Positions 40,491 to 48,571 of a stretch of DNA of 64,000 nucleotides are shown here, in pieces. Below the pieces are notes generated by a model that saw only the letters and a program-made list of their open reading frames with translations, ran no database searches and was not told the DNA's origin. The stretch is from the NCBI GenBank assembly GCA_963719945.1, contig CAVRDX010000003.1, forward strand, positions 32,001-96,000. The letters are read 5' to 3'. The first letter of the stretch is position 1. Each line of letters begins with the position of its first letter. The translations under genes and the position numbers were made by a program. Source of the DNA: an uncultured Thermoplasmata archaeon. GTDB taxonomy: Archaea > Thermoplasmatota > Thermoplasmata > UBA10834.

Positions 40491-41135
40491 TCAGGTCAGT
40501 ATCTCATATGTGTTCGACAGGACCGAAGGTGTGGTGATTAGCACATAGGTCGGTATCCCGTGCTTCGGTATCAGGAGTATCGTAGCGTCCTGCTGGGTGA
40601 CGAGGCTCATGTCCGTAGGCAGTTGTTCAGCCAGGTCGATGTGCAACAGCGCAACATCTCCCTGAGTGATTCCCACATCTGCTGCGGTCCATGCAGCGAT
40701 ATTCAAGGGATATGTGTCCCTCAGACTCGCCACATCGAAAGTGCCATCCGTGGATGCGACAGTGTAGTCTGGACATGATAGCGTCTCATCTGCCTCTCCA
40801 TTTGATATCTCGATTATCAATGTGGCCAGGTTGATCACCGGGCTGCCCGCTGTCAGCGCCACCTTCAGGTACACATCAGTGATGACCAATGCACCCGTGC
40901 CATCATCCGCCGTCATTCCATATATCGCCAACACTTTCAGACCCGTTGCTACTTCCTGCAATGCCTGGTCGCCTGTCGCTTCTGCCTGTTGCTGTAGTTC
41001 GTATGCGGTTTGGACTAGGACGCCAGCTGCTACGGCGGCGACTAATATCATCGCTATGAAGATCAACAACGTGCCGACCCCCATCTCCCCTTCCTCACCC
41101 ATACGAATCCTTCTGGGCTTGGGTATCTTTTCCAT
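40491..41135 (-). CDS. arlB: Archaellin C (214 aa)
   Basis: G/EMGVGTLLIFIAMILVAAVAAGVL; LTAGSPVINL; IPKHGIPT; close paralogue of archaellin A. Confidence 0.93.
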   Translation of the reverse strand: MEKIPKPRRIRMGEEGEMGVGTLLIFIAMILVAAVAAGVLVQTAYELQQQAEATGDQALQEVATGLKVLAIYGMTADDGTGALVITDVYLKVALTAGSPVINLATLIIEISNGEADETLSCPDYTVASTDGTFDVASLRDTYPLNIAAWTAADVGITQGDVALLHIDLAEQLPTDMSLVTQQDATILLIPKHGIPTYVLITTPSVLSNTYEILT

Positions 41136-41284
41136 CTCTTTCCCTCCTCTGTGGTCGCGGAGAGGTCAGTCATCCAAAATCCAGACTGCATGAGTTGAGA
41201 ATGTCGTGTGCGGCGTGGAGCGCCCACTCTCAATTCTCAATCATCACCAGAATCATGGTGCCTGGCCTATCCGCGTAGTGTGAT

Positions 41285-41329
41285 TCTCTTTCACTCCCGA
41301 GGTAGGTCTACAATTGCCCTGTGGATAGT
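41285..41329. repeat. Third, imperfect copy of the element in the archaellin C leader
   Basis: AGGTCTACAatTGCCCTGTGGATAGT (41304-41329, 2-nt insertion) and TCTCTTTCACTCCC (41285-41298; 13/14 inverted match to 37717-37730). Confidence 0.85.
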
Positions 41330-41509
41330 CCAAGCGTCTTTTCTCTCGAGTGCGTTAGTGCCGCCTCTGAGAGCTATATCTGATTCTCATGTATGATAAA
41401 AATGGTTGTGTCGTGATTCTCTTTTTAGAAAATGACAAAATCAGTCCGAAAAGAATAGAACGTGAAATGGAGGGGAGTTAAAAGGCCCCCTTAATTTAGG
41501 AAAGGTTAT

Positions 41510-41887
41510 TCAGAGCTCGCCTCTTGGTTTCGGCGTAGCCATGTTCTGAACTATCTCCAGCGGTGCGGATCTGTAGTTCATATCCACTTTCATGTGCAGC
41601 GTGCCTCTCTCGTAGACAAGGGTGACGCTGCCTATTCGGGACTTGTATACCTTGTATCTTTTCCCATCCGCCGTTAACTCGCTGCCTTCCTGTTCGATCA
41701 GACCTGCCGCGGACAGCTCTCGAAGTTTTCGATAGCAGCTCGCAAGCGGTATGTCGAACATGAACGCGAGTTCTCTTGCGCTCCTAGCTTTATGGCTAGA
41801 CGCTGCAAGGATGTTCATGTTGTATTGGTCCGTCAATATCTGAGCGATGCCGAGCTTAGCATGCGCTATATCTGTATCGGTGGCCGT
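41510..41887 (-). CDS. ArsR-like winged-helix transcription regulator 1
   Basis: SARELAFMFDIPLASCYRKLREL...GLI...GKRYKVYKS; nearest canonical start is TTG 41836, but similarity to the paralogue extends upstream towards ACG 41887. Confidence 0.8.
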   Translation of the reverse strand, partial: TATDTDIAHAKLGIAQILTDQYNMNILAASSHKARSARELAFMFDIPLASCYRKLRELSAAGLIEQEGSELTADGKRYKVYKSRIGSVTLVYERGTLHMKVDMNYRSAPLEIVQNMATPKPRGEL

Positions 41888-42138
41888 TTTATCCCCTCAC
41901 ACCAGGGGGGAGTTAGAGCTATATCCCGTCCCTTATCCTGGGGAAACTAATTCTAGGATATATATAATTGTCTTTTTGTTTCTAAACCATGAGAATCATT
42001 CGTACTCCTCAGATCGTAGATCTGTCGTTCGATTCTAGAGCATCCAAGTGAGGGGACCACTATTGATGATCATGCTCGACTTATCGTCGGTGATATTCTC
42101 TGATTGGAATTGAATGAGATTGTTTATGAACAGTTATC

Positions 42139-42507
42139 ATGAATGTAATGCAGGAGGCTCCCCCTTCGATGAATGCCTACGAACTGTCGAAACTCTTGAT
42201 CGACGAGTATTCCGCGAAGATACTCACGTATGCCAGAGACAAACCTCGATCAGTTCAGGACATGTGCCAGAGGCTCGACATACCCGTGACGCTCGGATAT
42301 CGGAGGGTCAACACACTTCTTAACGAAGGCCTCCTGAGTTGTGAGGGGAGATCCCTAACTCAGAGGGGCAAGTGGACCAAGCTGTATGTTTCTCAGGTCC
42401 GACGAGCCCAGATCTTCTTCGATGATGGTAAGGTGCGTCTGAAGTTCGAGTTCAAGACGGGTCAGGTTCGATGGTCGGATGATTGGGAAGCTGCCCCGGC
42501 CGTATGA
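42139..42507 (+). CDS. ArsR-like winged-helix transcription regulator 2 (divergent paralogue)
   Basis: DEYSAKIL, SVQDMCQRLDIPVTLGYRRVNTL...GLL...GKWTKLYVS. Confidence 0.85.
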   Translation: MNVMQEAPPSMNAYELSKLLIDEYSAKILTYARDKPRSVQDMCQRLDIPVTLGYRRVNTLLNEGLLSCEGRSLTQRGKWTKLYVSQVRRAQIFFDDGKVRLKFEFKTGQVRWSDDWEAAPAV

Positions 42508-42666
42508 TCATGGGCAACTGGATCTATTCAATCCAGAGATACTGATAATCATATCCGAGATTTGACCGGAAACCTATTTCATGGCTTCCGACGATGCCCC
42601 CTGCATAGCCTGCCTTTCCGCTGTTTGGGTTGTCATAGCCCAGCGCGTGCCTGGCCTGGTGCGGAC

Positions 42667-43839
42667 ATGAACGCGCAACAGAGTAGCCAGAAGGATCGGG
42701 GTCCCACAGACATCGACCTCGCCAATTACGCAAAGGCCTATATGGCCGCTTACATGAGCGCTGTACAGAGCGAGAGCCCTGAACATATCCCTCAGTTCTA
42801 CAAGAATCACCCTTACGGTGTCGAAGTCTGCTACATGCCGAATGGCAGTTTCTGCATGCTTTTTGAGAGAGCCGACAGGCCCACGATAGCCGTCTCAGGC
42901 CAGGAATGGGACTATGTCATGGGGAAGATCATGTCTGGCGTGTTCTATCTGGCCACAGTATATTCACACGAAGGAGTCTCGGTCGAGGACGCTTCCGCGA
43001 GGGGCCGCCGGGATGCGATACGGGACATACGAGCGATGGAGAGCTCTGACATCGTGGACGCCACTCGTCAGCTCGAGAGCATTGTGCGCGAATTGAGCGA
43101 CGTGAATCTATGGATGAAGAATCCGGTCAAGATGGCCGACAATGCAGTGGCGAGACTCGAGCCATTGAAGCAGATGATCGCCCGCTCCGGCCCGATAATG
43201 GACAAGATGTCCATGGTGGATGGCCTGAGACGATGTCCTTCCGGGCCATCGGAGATGAAGCTGGATTCAGACGGAATTGAGATGCTCTCGACCGTGGTGA
43301 AGCAGATGACGGACCTGTCGGAGCTGCTCAGGGACGTGAAACTACAGGGAGAGAAGCTGGAGGAAATCGAAAGCCATCTCAGAACCGAGGTCCACGACTT
43401 CAAGATAGAGCTTGACAAGAAAGTCGCGAAAGGCCTAGGTGTGATACTGTCCACCACGGATAGGAAGATCGACAAGGCGTTCGCTTCCATACAACCTGGT
43501 CAACAGGAAGATGAAAGCGACGATTCATTGGATGATCTGTACGATGAGGTGAACTCCCTCAGGGAAGCGGTTGATAAGCTGCAGGCCGAAGAGAAAGACG
43601 ATACCGACGAAAAGATAGCTGCCCTTTCCGATGAGCTGCTGGCGCTCAAGGATGCGCTCAGCAACATCAAGATCCCGGTGATCGAGCCTCCGGTTATGCC
43701 TGAGCCAAAGATCCCTGCGGAACTGCTCATGGGGATCAAGGATGTCCGAGGAGATGTCGGCAAGATCAATCTGCGAGTCAAGAGGATCGAGGAATATCTC
43801 ACCGCTCTTTCGGCGGCGAGGCGGTCATCCAACAGATGA
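42667..43839 (+). CDS. Hypothetical coiled-coil protein (~390 aa)
   Basis: Long ORF with acidic heptad-rich C-terminal half and Pro-rich linker; no TM segment. Confidence 0.7.
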   Translation: MNAQQSSQKDRGPTDIDLANYAKAYMAAYMSAVQSESPEHIPQFYKNHPYGVEVCYMPNGSFCMLFERADRPTIAVSGQEWDYVMGKIMSGVFYLATVYSHEGVSVEDASARGRRDAIRDIRAMESSDIVDATRQLESIVRELSDVNLWMKNPVKMADNAVARLEPLKQMIARSGPIMDKMSMVDGLRRCPSGPSEMKLDSDGIEMLSTVVKQMTDLSELLRDVKLQGEKLEEIESHLRTEVHDFKIELDKKVAKGLGVILSTTDRKIDKAFASIQPGQQEDESDDSLDDLYDEVNSLREAVDKLQAEEKDDTDEKIAALSDELLALKDALSNIKIPVIEPPVMPEPKIPAELLMGIKDVRGDVGKINLRVKRIEEYLTALSAARRSSNR

Positions 43840-43840
43840 T

Positions 43841-44311
43841 TCAGAGCTGAACCGTTATGTCTTCTTTGATCCTGTCGAGGATCAGATAGGTATTGCTTCT
43901 TTCGACCTCGTCTATCTTTATGATCGAATCGATTATGTCCTTCAACTCCTCTCTTGAGGACGCTCTCAGAAGGATGGCGAAATCTATGTTCCCGAGCAGA
44001 AAGTAAGCTGCCCATACTCCAGAGATCTTGGATATCTTCTCACCGATCTTCTTCGAGTAATCTGGACCATATCTGCCAGTGATCAATGATATCGCCAGGA
44101 TCTCCTTTCCGACCTTGAGGGGGTTCACGCACGCCTTGAATCCGGTGATCACTCCTTCTTCGACCAGTCTGTTCACTCGGTAGTGGACTGTGGATGACGA
44201 CAACCCAGTCTTCTCTCCGATCTTCTTCAGACTCACGTTGCAGTCGTCTTGAAGCATTTTCAAAATGATCCGATCGCTCTTGTCAAGTGTCGCGGGATTC
44301 TCTTTCTCCAA
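43841..44311 (-). CDS. Lrp/AsnC family transcription regulator
   Basis: LDKSDRIILKMLQDD...IGEKTGLSSSTVHYRVNRLVEEGVI; G..D in RAM domain; TTG start after GGGAGG. Confidence 0.92.
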   Translation of the reverse strand: MEKENPATLDKSDRIILKMLQDDCNVSLKKIGEKTGLSSSTVHYRVNRLVEEGVITGFKACVNPLKVGKEILAISLITGRYGPDYSKKIGEKISKISGVWAAYFLLGNIDFAILLRASSREELKDIIDSIIKIDEVERSNTYLILDRIKEDITVQL

Positions 44312-44513
44312 ACGAGGCGCCTCCCTCAAGACGTTCGAAAAGGTAAGATGAAATTCGGATAGATAACGCTTTCGTTGACTCATACTTGAATCGAAAGGGA
44401 ATCGAAGCTTTTTGAATGTGATGAGCCACCACATTGTACAGATATGTGTCTCCACTTGGAGTCTCGACACATGCATATATGGACCATCGGCAGACCCATT
44501 CGCAGATGGTGTA

Positions 44514-45680
44514 TCAGATGAAAGCTCCGATGGTGGGCAGGTCGAGAAGGTCCATGTCGAAGAAGATTATCCCTTCCCTCACTTCATCACGTCCGAGCGT
44601 CTGTCTATCTCTCAGTTGCGCAAGGAATGATGATCGCCACCATAGGTCCACGATGGTATTCGCCATTGCGCCTAGATAGACCTGCCCGAAGTTGTATTCG
44701 TAGCCGTCCTCGTCACAGAGATATGCGGCGTGACCGAGGAAGCAATCCCTCGAGTTCACCAGCATCAGATATCTCTCCATCTCCTTCTTGCCATCTTCCG
44801 ATAGCGGCAGCAACGAGATGCCCATAGGATCAACTTTCACGAACTCGTTTAACGATCCATCCTCCGAGAGGTCATATCCAACGATGTTTCTTCCGCTTAG
44901 TTGGAAGACCCTCCAATCCAACCGTTCATCGACATAGACTGGAAGGTAGCTCAGGTCTGGCAGGTCGAACAGTTCCGTGCCTAGCAAAAGGGCCAGTTCT
45001 TCGACGTTCGTCTCTGGCTCTGATATCCTTGCCCTCCTCGCGATGTCCTGTGCAGTGGAGTTCTGCCTCGTGTTTCCGTGTTCGGCATAAGTCAGTACCC
45101 TGCTGAGGCCGATCTCGTCGAGGAGGTCATCTGAAAGGAATCTGCATGCGTCGCGTACAGAACCAGCCGATTGGATGGTCTTGGTATCCTTTGCGTTATT
45201 GGAGAATTGATAGAACACATTCCGGGCCGATTCGAGCTCCTCATCTACCCTTGTCCCGCCTATTGCGTCGAGTATCTCGATACCATGATCTGCCAGGCGC
45301 TTCCCAGGCAGTCCTATCCCTCTGCAGGATAGGTTCACGTTCAACTGTATCCTCCATCCAGCGAAGACACTTATGGGGAATGCCTTGCAGAAATGGAGTC
45401 GGTTATCATACACGCCGCATCTCCTTTCCTTCAGGAAATGGCATGCGCCATGCGCTCCCTGCAGTTTTATGGCGGCCCCGTCGACCTCTGGAGATATATG
45501 TTGGTCAGTGACGCCTGACATCAACTCTGGATCGCTACGGAACTTCTTCTCTTCATTTGGGAGCAATTCTGGCTGACACAGGCAGCAGAGGGCACAACCA
45601 TCGATGCATTCGTAGGTCGTATCGCCCAGTTCAGATAGATCCAGTTCGGTCTTGTATGATGATTCGCTTCTATTTGCCAA
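44514..45680 (-). CDS. YkgJ-family cysteine-cluster protein (CxxxCxxCC)
   Basis: CIDGCALCC, C.FL...RC.VY..R...C..FP. Confidence 0.85.
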   Translation of the reverse strand: MANRSESSYKTELDLSELGDTTYECIDGCALCCLCQPELLPNEEKKFRSDPELMSGVTDQHISPEVDGAAIKLQGAHGACHFLKERRCGVYDNRLHFCKAFPISVFAGWRIQLNVNLSCRGIGLPGKRLADHGIEILDAIGGTRVDEELESARNVFYQFSNNAKDTKTIQSAGSVRDACRFLSDDLLDEIGLSRVLTYAEHGNTRQNSTAQDIARRARISEPETNVEELALLLGTELFDLPDLSYLPVYVDERLDWRVFQLSGRNIVGYDLSEDGSLNEFVKVDPMGISLLPLSEDGKKEMERYLMLVNSRDCFLGHAAYLCDEDGYEYNFGQVYLGAMANTIVDLWWRSSFLAQLRDRQTLGRDEVREGIIFFDMDLLDLPTIGAFI

Positions 45681-46941
45681 TGACTTCCCTTCCCATCCGG
45701 TCCCCTGACTGCGATCCATCTTCCATCATGAGTTCTCCTCCGGCAAAGACCGCTTTCGGGAATATACAGGGCATCCCGTCGAACGCGCTCCATCCGCACT
45801 TGGTGAGGAGTCTGTCTCCCCTTATCTCGCTTCCTTCCATGAAATCCACGACGACTAGGTCCGCATCATATCCAGGCTCGATCTTGCCCTTCGGTATTCC
45901 GAATATCTCACCAGGTCTTTCGCACATCGCTCTGATCACTGTGGCGAGGGCTAGATGTCTCTCCCTGACCAGCTGTAGCATGAGCGGATACATGGTCTCG
46001 ACACCCGGCATTCCACAAGGTGCATACTGGAAATCCTCACTCTTCTCGGCCATCGTATGAGGTGCATGATCGGATGCGACCATGTCGAACCTGCCCTGTT
46101 TGAATGCGAGGTACAGTGCCTGCCTATCTGCACGTGACCGGAGCGGGGGATTCACCTTCCCCAGAGCTCCTATCGGTCGATCCTTATCGAGCAACAGATG
46201 ATGTGGTGAGACCTCGGTGGTCATGTTCCTCTGCCCAGTCACCAGTGGTATGGATTCCCTGGCTGAGACATGACAGATATGCAGCCTGCAATCCGGAGCA
46301 GCATCTGCTATCTTTCTTATCGCGCTAGTCTCGCAATCATTGTTCCTTGCTGCGAGATGGTCGTGCAAGTTCTTCTCGTCTCGTTCCTTGTCCCTCAACG
46401 ACTCGTCCTCTGCATGCACCGCGAGTATCTTGCCACATGCGCCGATTCTTGAGAGTTCAGATGCGATGGACCCAAGTGATGGAGCCAGCAGGTTGCCTGT
46501 GGTTCCTGCCATGTATAGCTTGAAGCCTATCGCTTTCTCAGCCAACCCCTCGACATCTATCCCTGGCTGGACTCCTACAAAGAGTCCGAAATCCACAAGT
46601 GATCTCGAGAGTGCGATCTCTCTCTTCCCATTCAGAGAGTCAATGGTGGTCGTAGGCGGTTTGGTGTTGGGCATATCGAACACGCATGTGACGCCTCCGT
46701 GGAGTGCGGCGAGCGATCCGGACCCGAAATCCTCTTTGTGAGTCATCCCAGGGTCACGGAAATGGACATGAGGATCGATCGCAGCAGGTAGTATCTTCTT
46801 GCTGCCGAAGTCCATGCGTTTGTCGCAGTCGATGCTCTTCGCGACCTTGACGATTCTGCCATTATCTATCCCAATCTCGAGGTGTTTGAATTTACCATGC
46901 AGATAGCAGTCGCCTGCGATGACCAGATCCATTTCATTCAC
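45670..46941 (-). CDS. pyrC: Dihydroorotase (amidohydrolase family)
   Basis: DPHVHFRDPG..HKED, DMPNT.P, HAED, CHVS, KVNPPLR, SDHAPH. Confidence 0.88.
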   Translation of the reverse strand: MNEMDLVIAGDCYLHGKFKHLEIGIDNGRIVKVAKSIDCDKRMDFGSKKILPAAIDPHVHFRDPGMTHKEDFGSGSLAALHGGVTCVFDMPNTKPPTTTIDSLNGKREIALSRSLVDFGLFVGVQPGIDVEGLAEKAIGFKLYMAGTTGNLLAPSLGSIASELSRIGACGKILAVHAEDESLRDKERDEKNLHDHLAARNNDCETSAIRKIADAAPDCRLHICHVSARESIPLVTGQRNMTTEVSPHHLLLDKDRPIGALGKVNPPLRSRADRQALYLAFKQGRFDMVASDHAPHTMAEKSEDFQYAPCGMPGVETMYPLMLQLVRERHLALATVIRAMCERPGEIFGIPKGKIEPGYDADLVVVDFMEGSEIRGDRLLTKCGWSAFDGMPCIFPKAVFAGGELMMEDGSQSGDRMGREVIGK

Positions 46942-47536
46942 TCAGTCTTCTACGTTTGACCTTCCCTCTGGGTGATTCTTCCGAGAATACCTCTGCTGTG
47001 AACTTGAAGACCTTCGTGTCCCCATCGAGCCAGGTATCTGGTGGAAGACCTGCCTTGACGCAAGTCTGCGACAGGAACTCCCGCGCATCCCACCCCCATT
47101 CTACTGGCACCTGTGGGAGCAACAGGCCGCGATTCCATCCCTTCTGGACGATCAACCCATCGTCTCCAATATGAACCTGATTCGGCAGGTCCTGACATCT
47201 CTTCGCTTTGATCTCTTCGGGTGGAGTCAACAGACTGACTTCCACCTTGATCTCCCCTAGTTCATGCGCTTTCACCGGGGGGAACCTGGGATCCCGCGAA
47301 CTCGCACTTATTGCGGAGTCCTTGAGCGCATCTTCGAGCGGGATAATCGGCTCAGGGTAGCCTATGCACCCCCTCAATTCATCGTGGGGGTGTGTCGTCA
47401 GTGTCACGAATACCCCCATCTTGTTCTTGAATGACTCCGGAAGGCCGAGATCAGAGATCTTCTCCCTCTTGACATGACTCTCGACGACTCTCCTCGCAGC
47501 CGTCACGGCCAGTTCGCCATCTTCATCGGAGAACAT
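46934..47536 (-). CDS. AMMECR1-domain protein
   Basis: GVFVTL, LRGCIG, RDPRF, GLLLPQV, C.KAG. Confidence 0.93.
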   Translation of the reverse strand: MFSDEDGELAVTAARRVVESHVKREKISDLGLPESFKNKMGVFVTLTTHPHDELRGCIGYPEPIIPLEDALKDSAISASSRDPRFPPVKAHELGEIKVEVSLLTPPEEIKAKRCQDLPNQVHIGDDGLIVQKGWNRGLLLPQVPVEWGWDAREFLSQTCVKAGLPPDTWLDGDTKVFKFTAEVFSEESPRGKVKRRRLSE

Positions 47537-47695
47537 GATGGTATTCCCTTGGTCCTAACGAATCTGGTGGATATAGACTTTTCAACAGGTATGAGCGTCC
47601 GATCGGCCTTTTCGGCCAAGAATCCCCCATCGCTGGCCTGTGACTCATGAACCAAACCTTAAATATCCTCAATACGAATCCATAGACCGGATTAG

Positions 47696-48106
47696 ATGAA
47701 GTTCGTCAAGCTCTCCCAGTCCGAGTTCGAGGAGATACGGAAGCTGTACGAAGGTGTCATGTCTCAGGCATGCCACGGGCTGTTCTTCAGAGAAGGCATG
47801 ATCCTGGGAGAGGAGATCTCCAAGATCGCACTTCAGGAGCCTGAGAAATACTTCGAGATATGTGGCAATCTGCTCAGGGCGCGAGGCTGGATCGATAATA
47901 TCGTCTTCGAGGAATCCACGGCGACAGCAGAAGGGTCCGTCGAGGCGACCCAATCGGATATCCCGACTTGTCACAGGCTGAGAGGTATTGTAAAGAAGGT
48001 ATACGAGGCCAAGACTCACAGGAGATTCCACTGCGACGAGATCGAGTGTGTGAGCAAAGGCGACAAGCACTGCGTTTTCAAGGTAGAACAGGTAGGAGGG
48101 GACTGA
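47696..48106 (+). CDS. V4R-domain protein
   Basis: RGW, PTCH...G, E.EC...GD..C.F zinc ligands. Confidence 0.85.
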   Translation: MKFVKLSQSEFEEIRKLYEGVMSQACHGLFFREGMILGEEISKIALQEPEKYFEICGNLLRARGWIDNIVFEESTATAEGSVEATQSDIPTCHRLRGIVKKVYEAKTHRRFHCDEIECVSKGDKHCVFKVEQVGGD

Positions 48107-48107
48107 A

Positions 48108-48455
48108 TTGGAGCTTAAGCCAGCCCTCAGGGCGTTGAGGGAGAGTTGCGGGGCAATAGCATCTGCGATCATAAGCAGGGACGGACTCGTCATTGCAGCT
48201 GATCTGCCCGATGGTGTATCTATGGACACATTCGCTATCATGTGCGCTACTCTCATCGGCGCGGCGTCTACTGCCAACTCTGAGCTGAGAGTCGGCACGC
48301 CGCAGTCCGTGGTGGTCGAGTGCGAGGATGCGAAGATGGTCGTCGTCGGCGCCGGAAGAAAGGCTCTCGTCGTCACAGTCATCTCCATAAAGAGCGACGA
48401 ATCGGTCGCGAAGAAGGAGCTGCTGAAGCTAGCGGATTCCATCAAGATGATCTGA
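48108..48455 (+). CDS. Roadblock/LC7-domain protein
   Basis: SAIISRDGLVIA, FAIMCATL.GAA, VVVEC; coupled to the V4R gene. Confidence 0.9.
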   Translation: MELKPALRALRESCGAIASAIISRDGLVIAADLPDGVSMDTFAIMCATLIGAASTANSELRVGTPQSVVVECEDAKMVVVGAGRKALVVTVISIKSDESVAKKELLKLADSIKMI

Positions 48456-48518
48456 TTCCAGAATCTTCGAATCCGTCTCGACTCATTCACGTTTTGAGAA
48501 ATCATAAGGTGTTTCAGA

Positions 48519-48545
48519 GGGTCAGAGCGCGAACCGCCCTGACCC
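48519..48545. terminator. Hairpin between convergent genes
   Basis: GGGTCAG...CTGACCC stem between roadblock (+) and AOR (-). Confidence 0.35.
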
Positions 48546-48571
48546 GGTCTGGTTTAGTTTCCAGCAAAGGC

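Noticed and set aside
37755-41329. Repeated ~28-bp element as a CRISPR array
   Set aside because: Only three copies, 1.5-2 kb apart, in mixed orientation, with no spacers and no cas genes.
44514-45680. YkgJ-type Cys-cluster protein as an archaellin methylase
   Set aside because: It shares a Cys motif family with FliB but is in an operon with pyrC and AMMECR1, separated from the arl genes and lacking the arl operator box.
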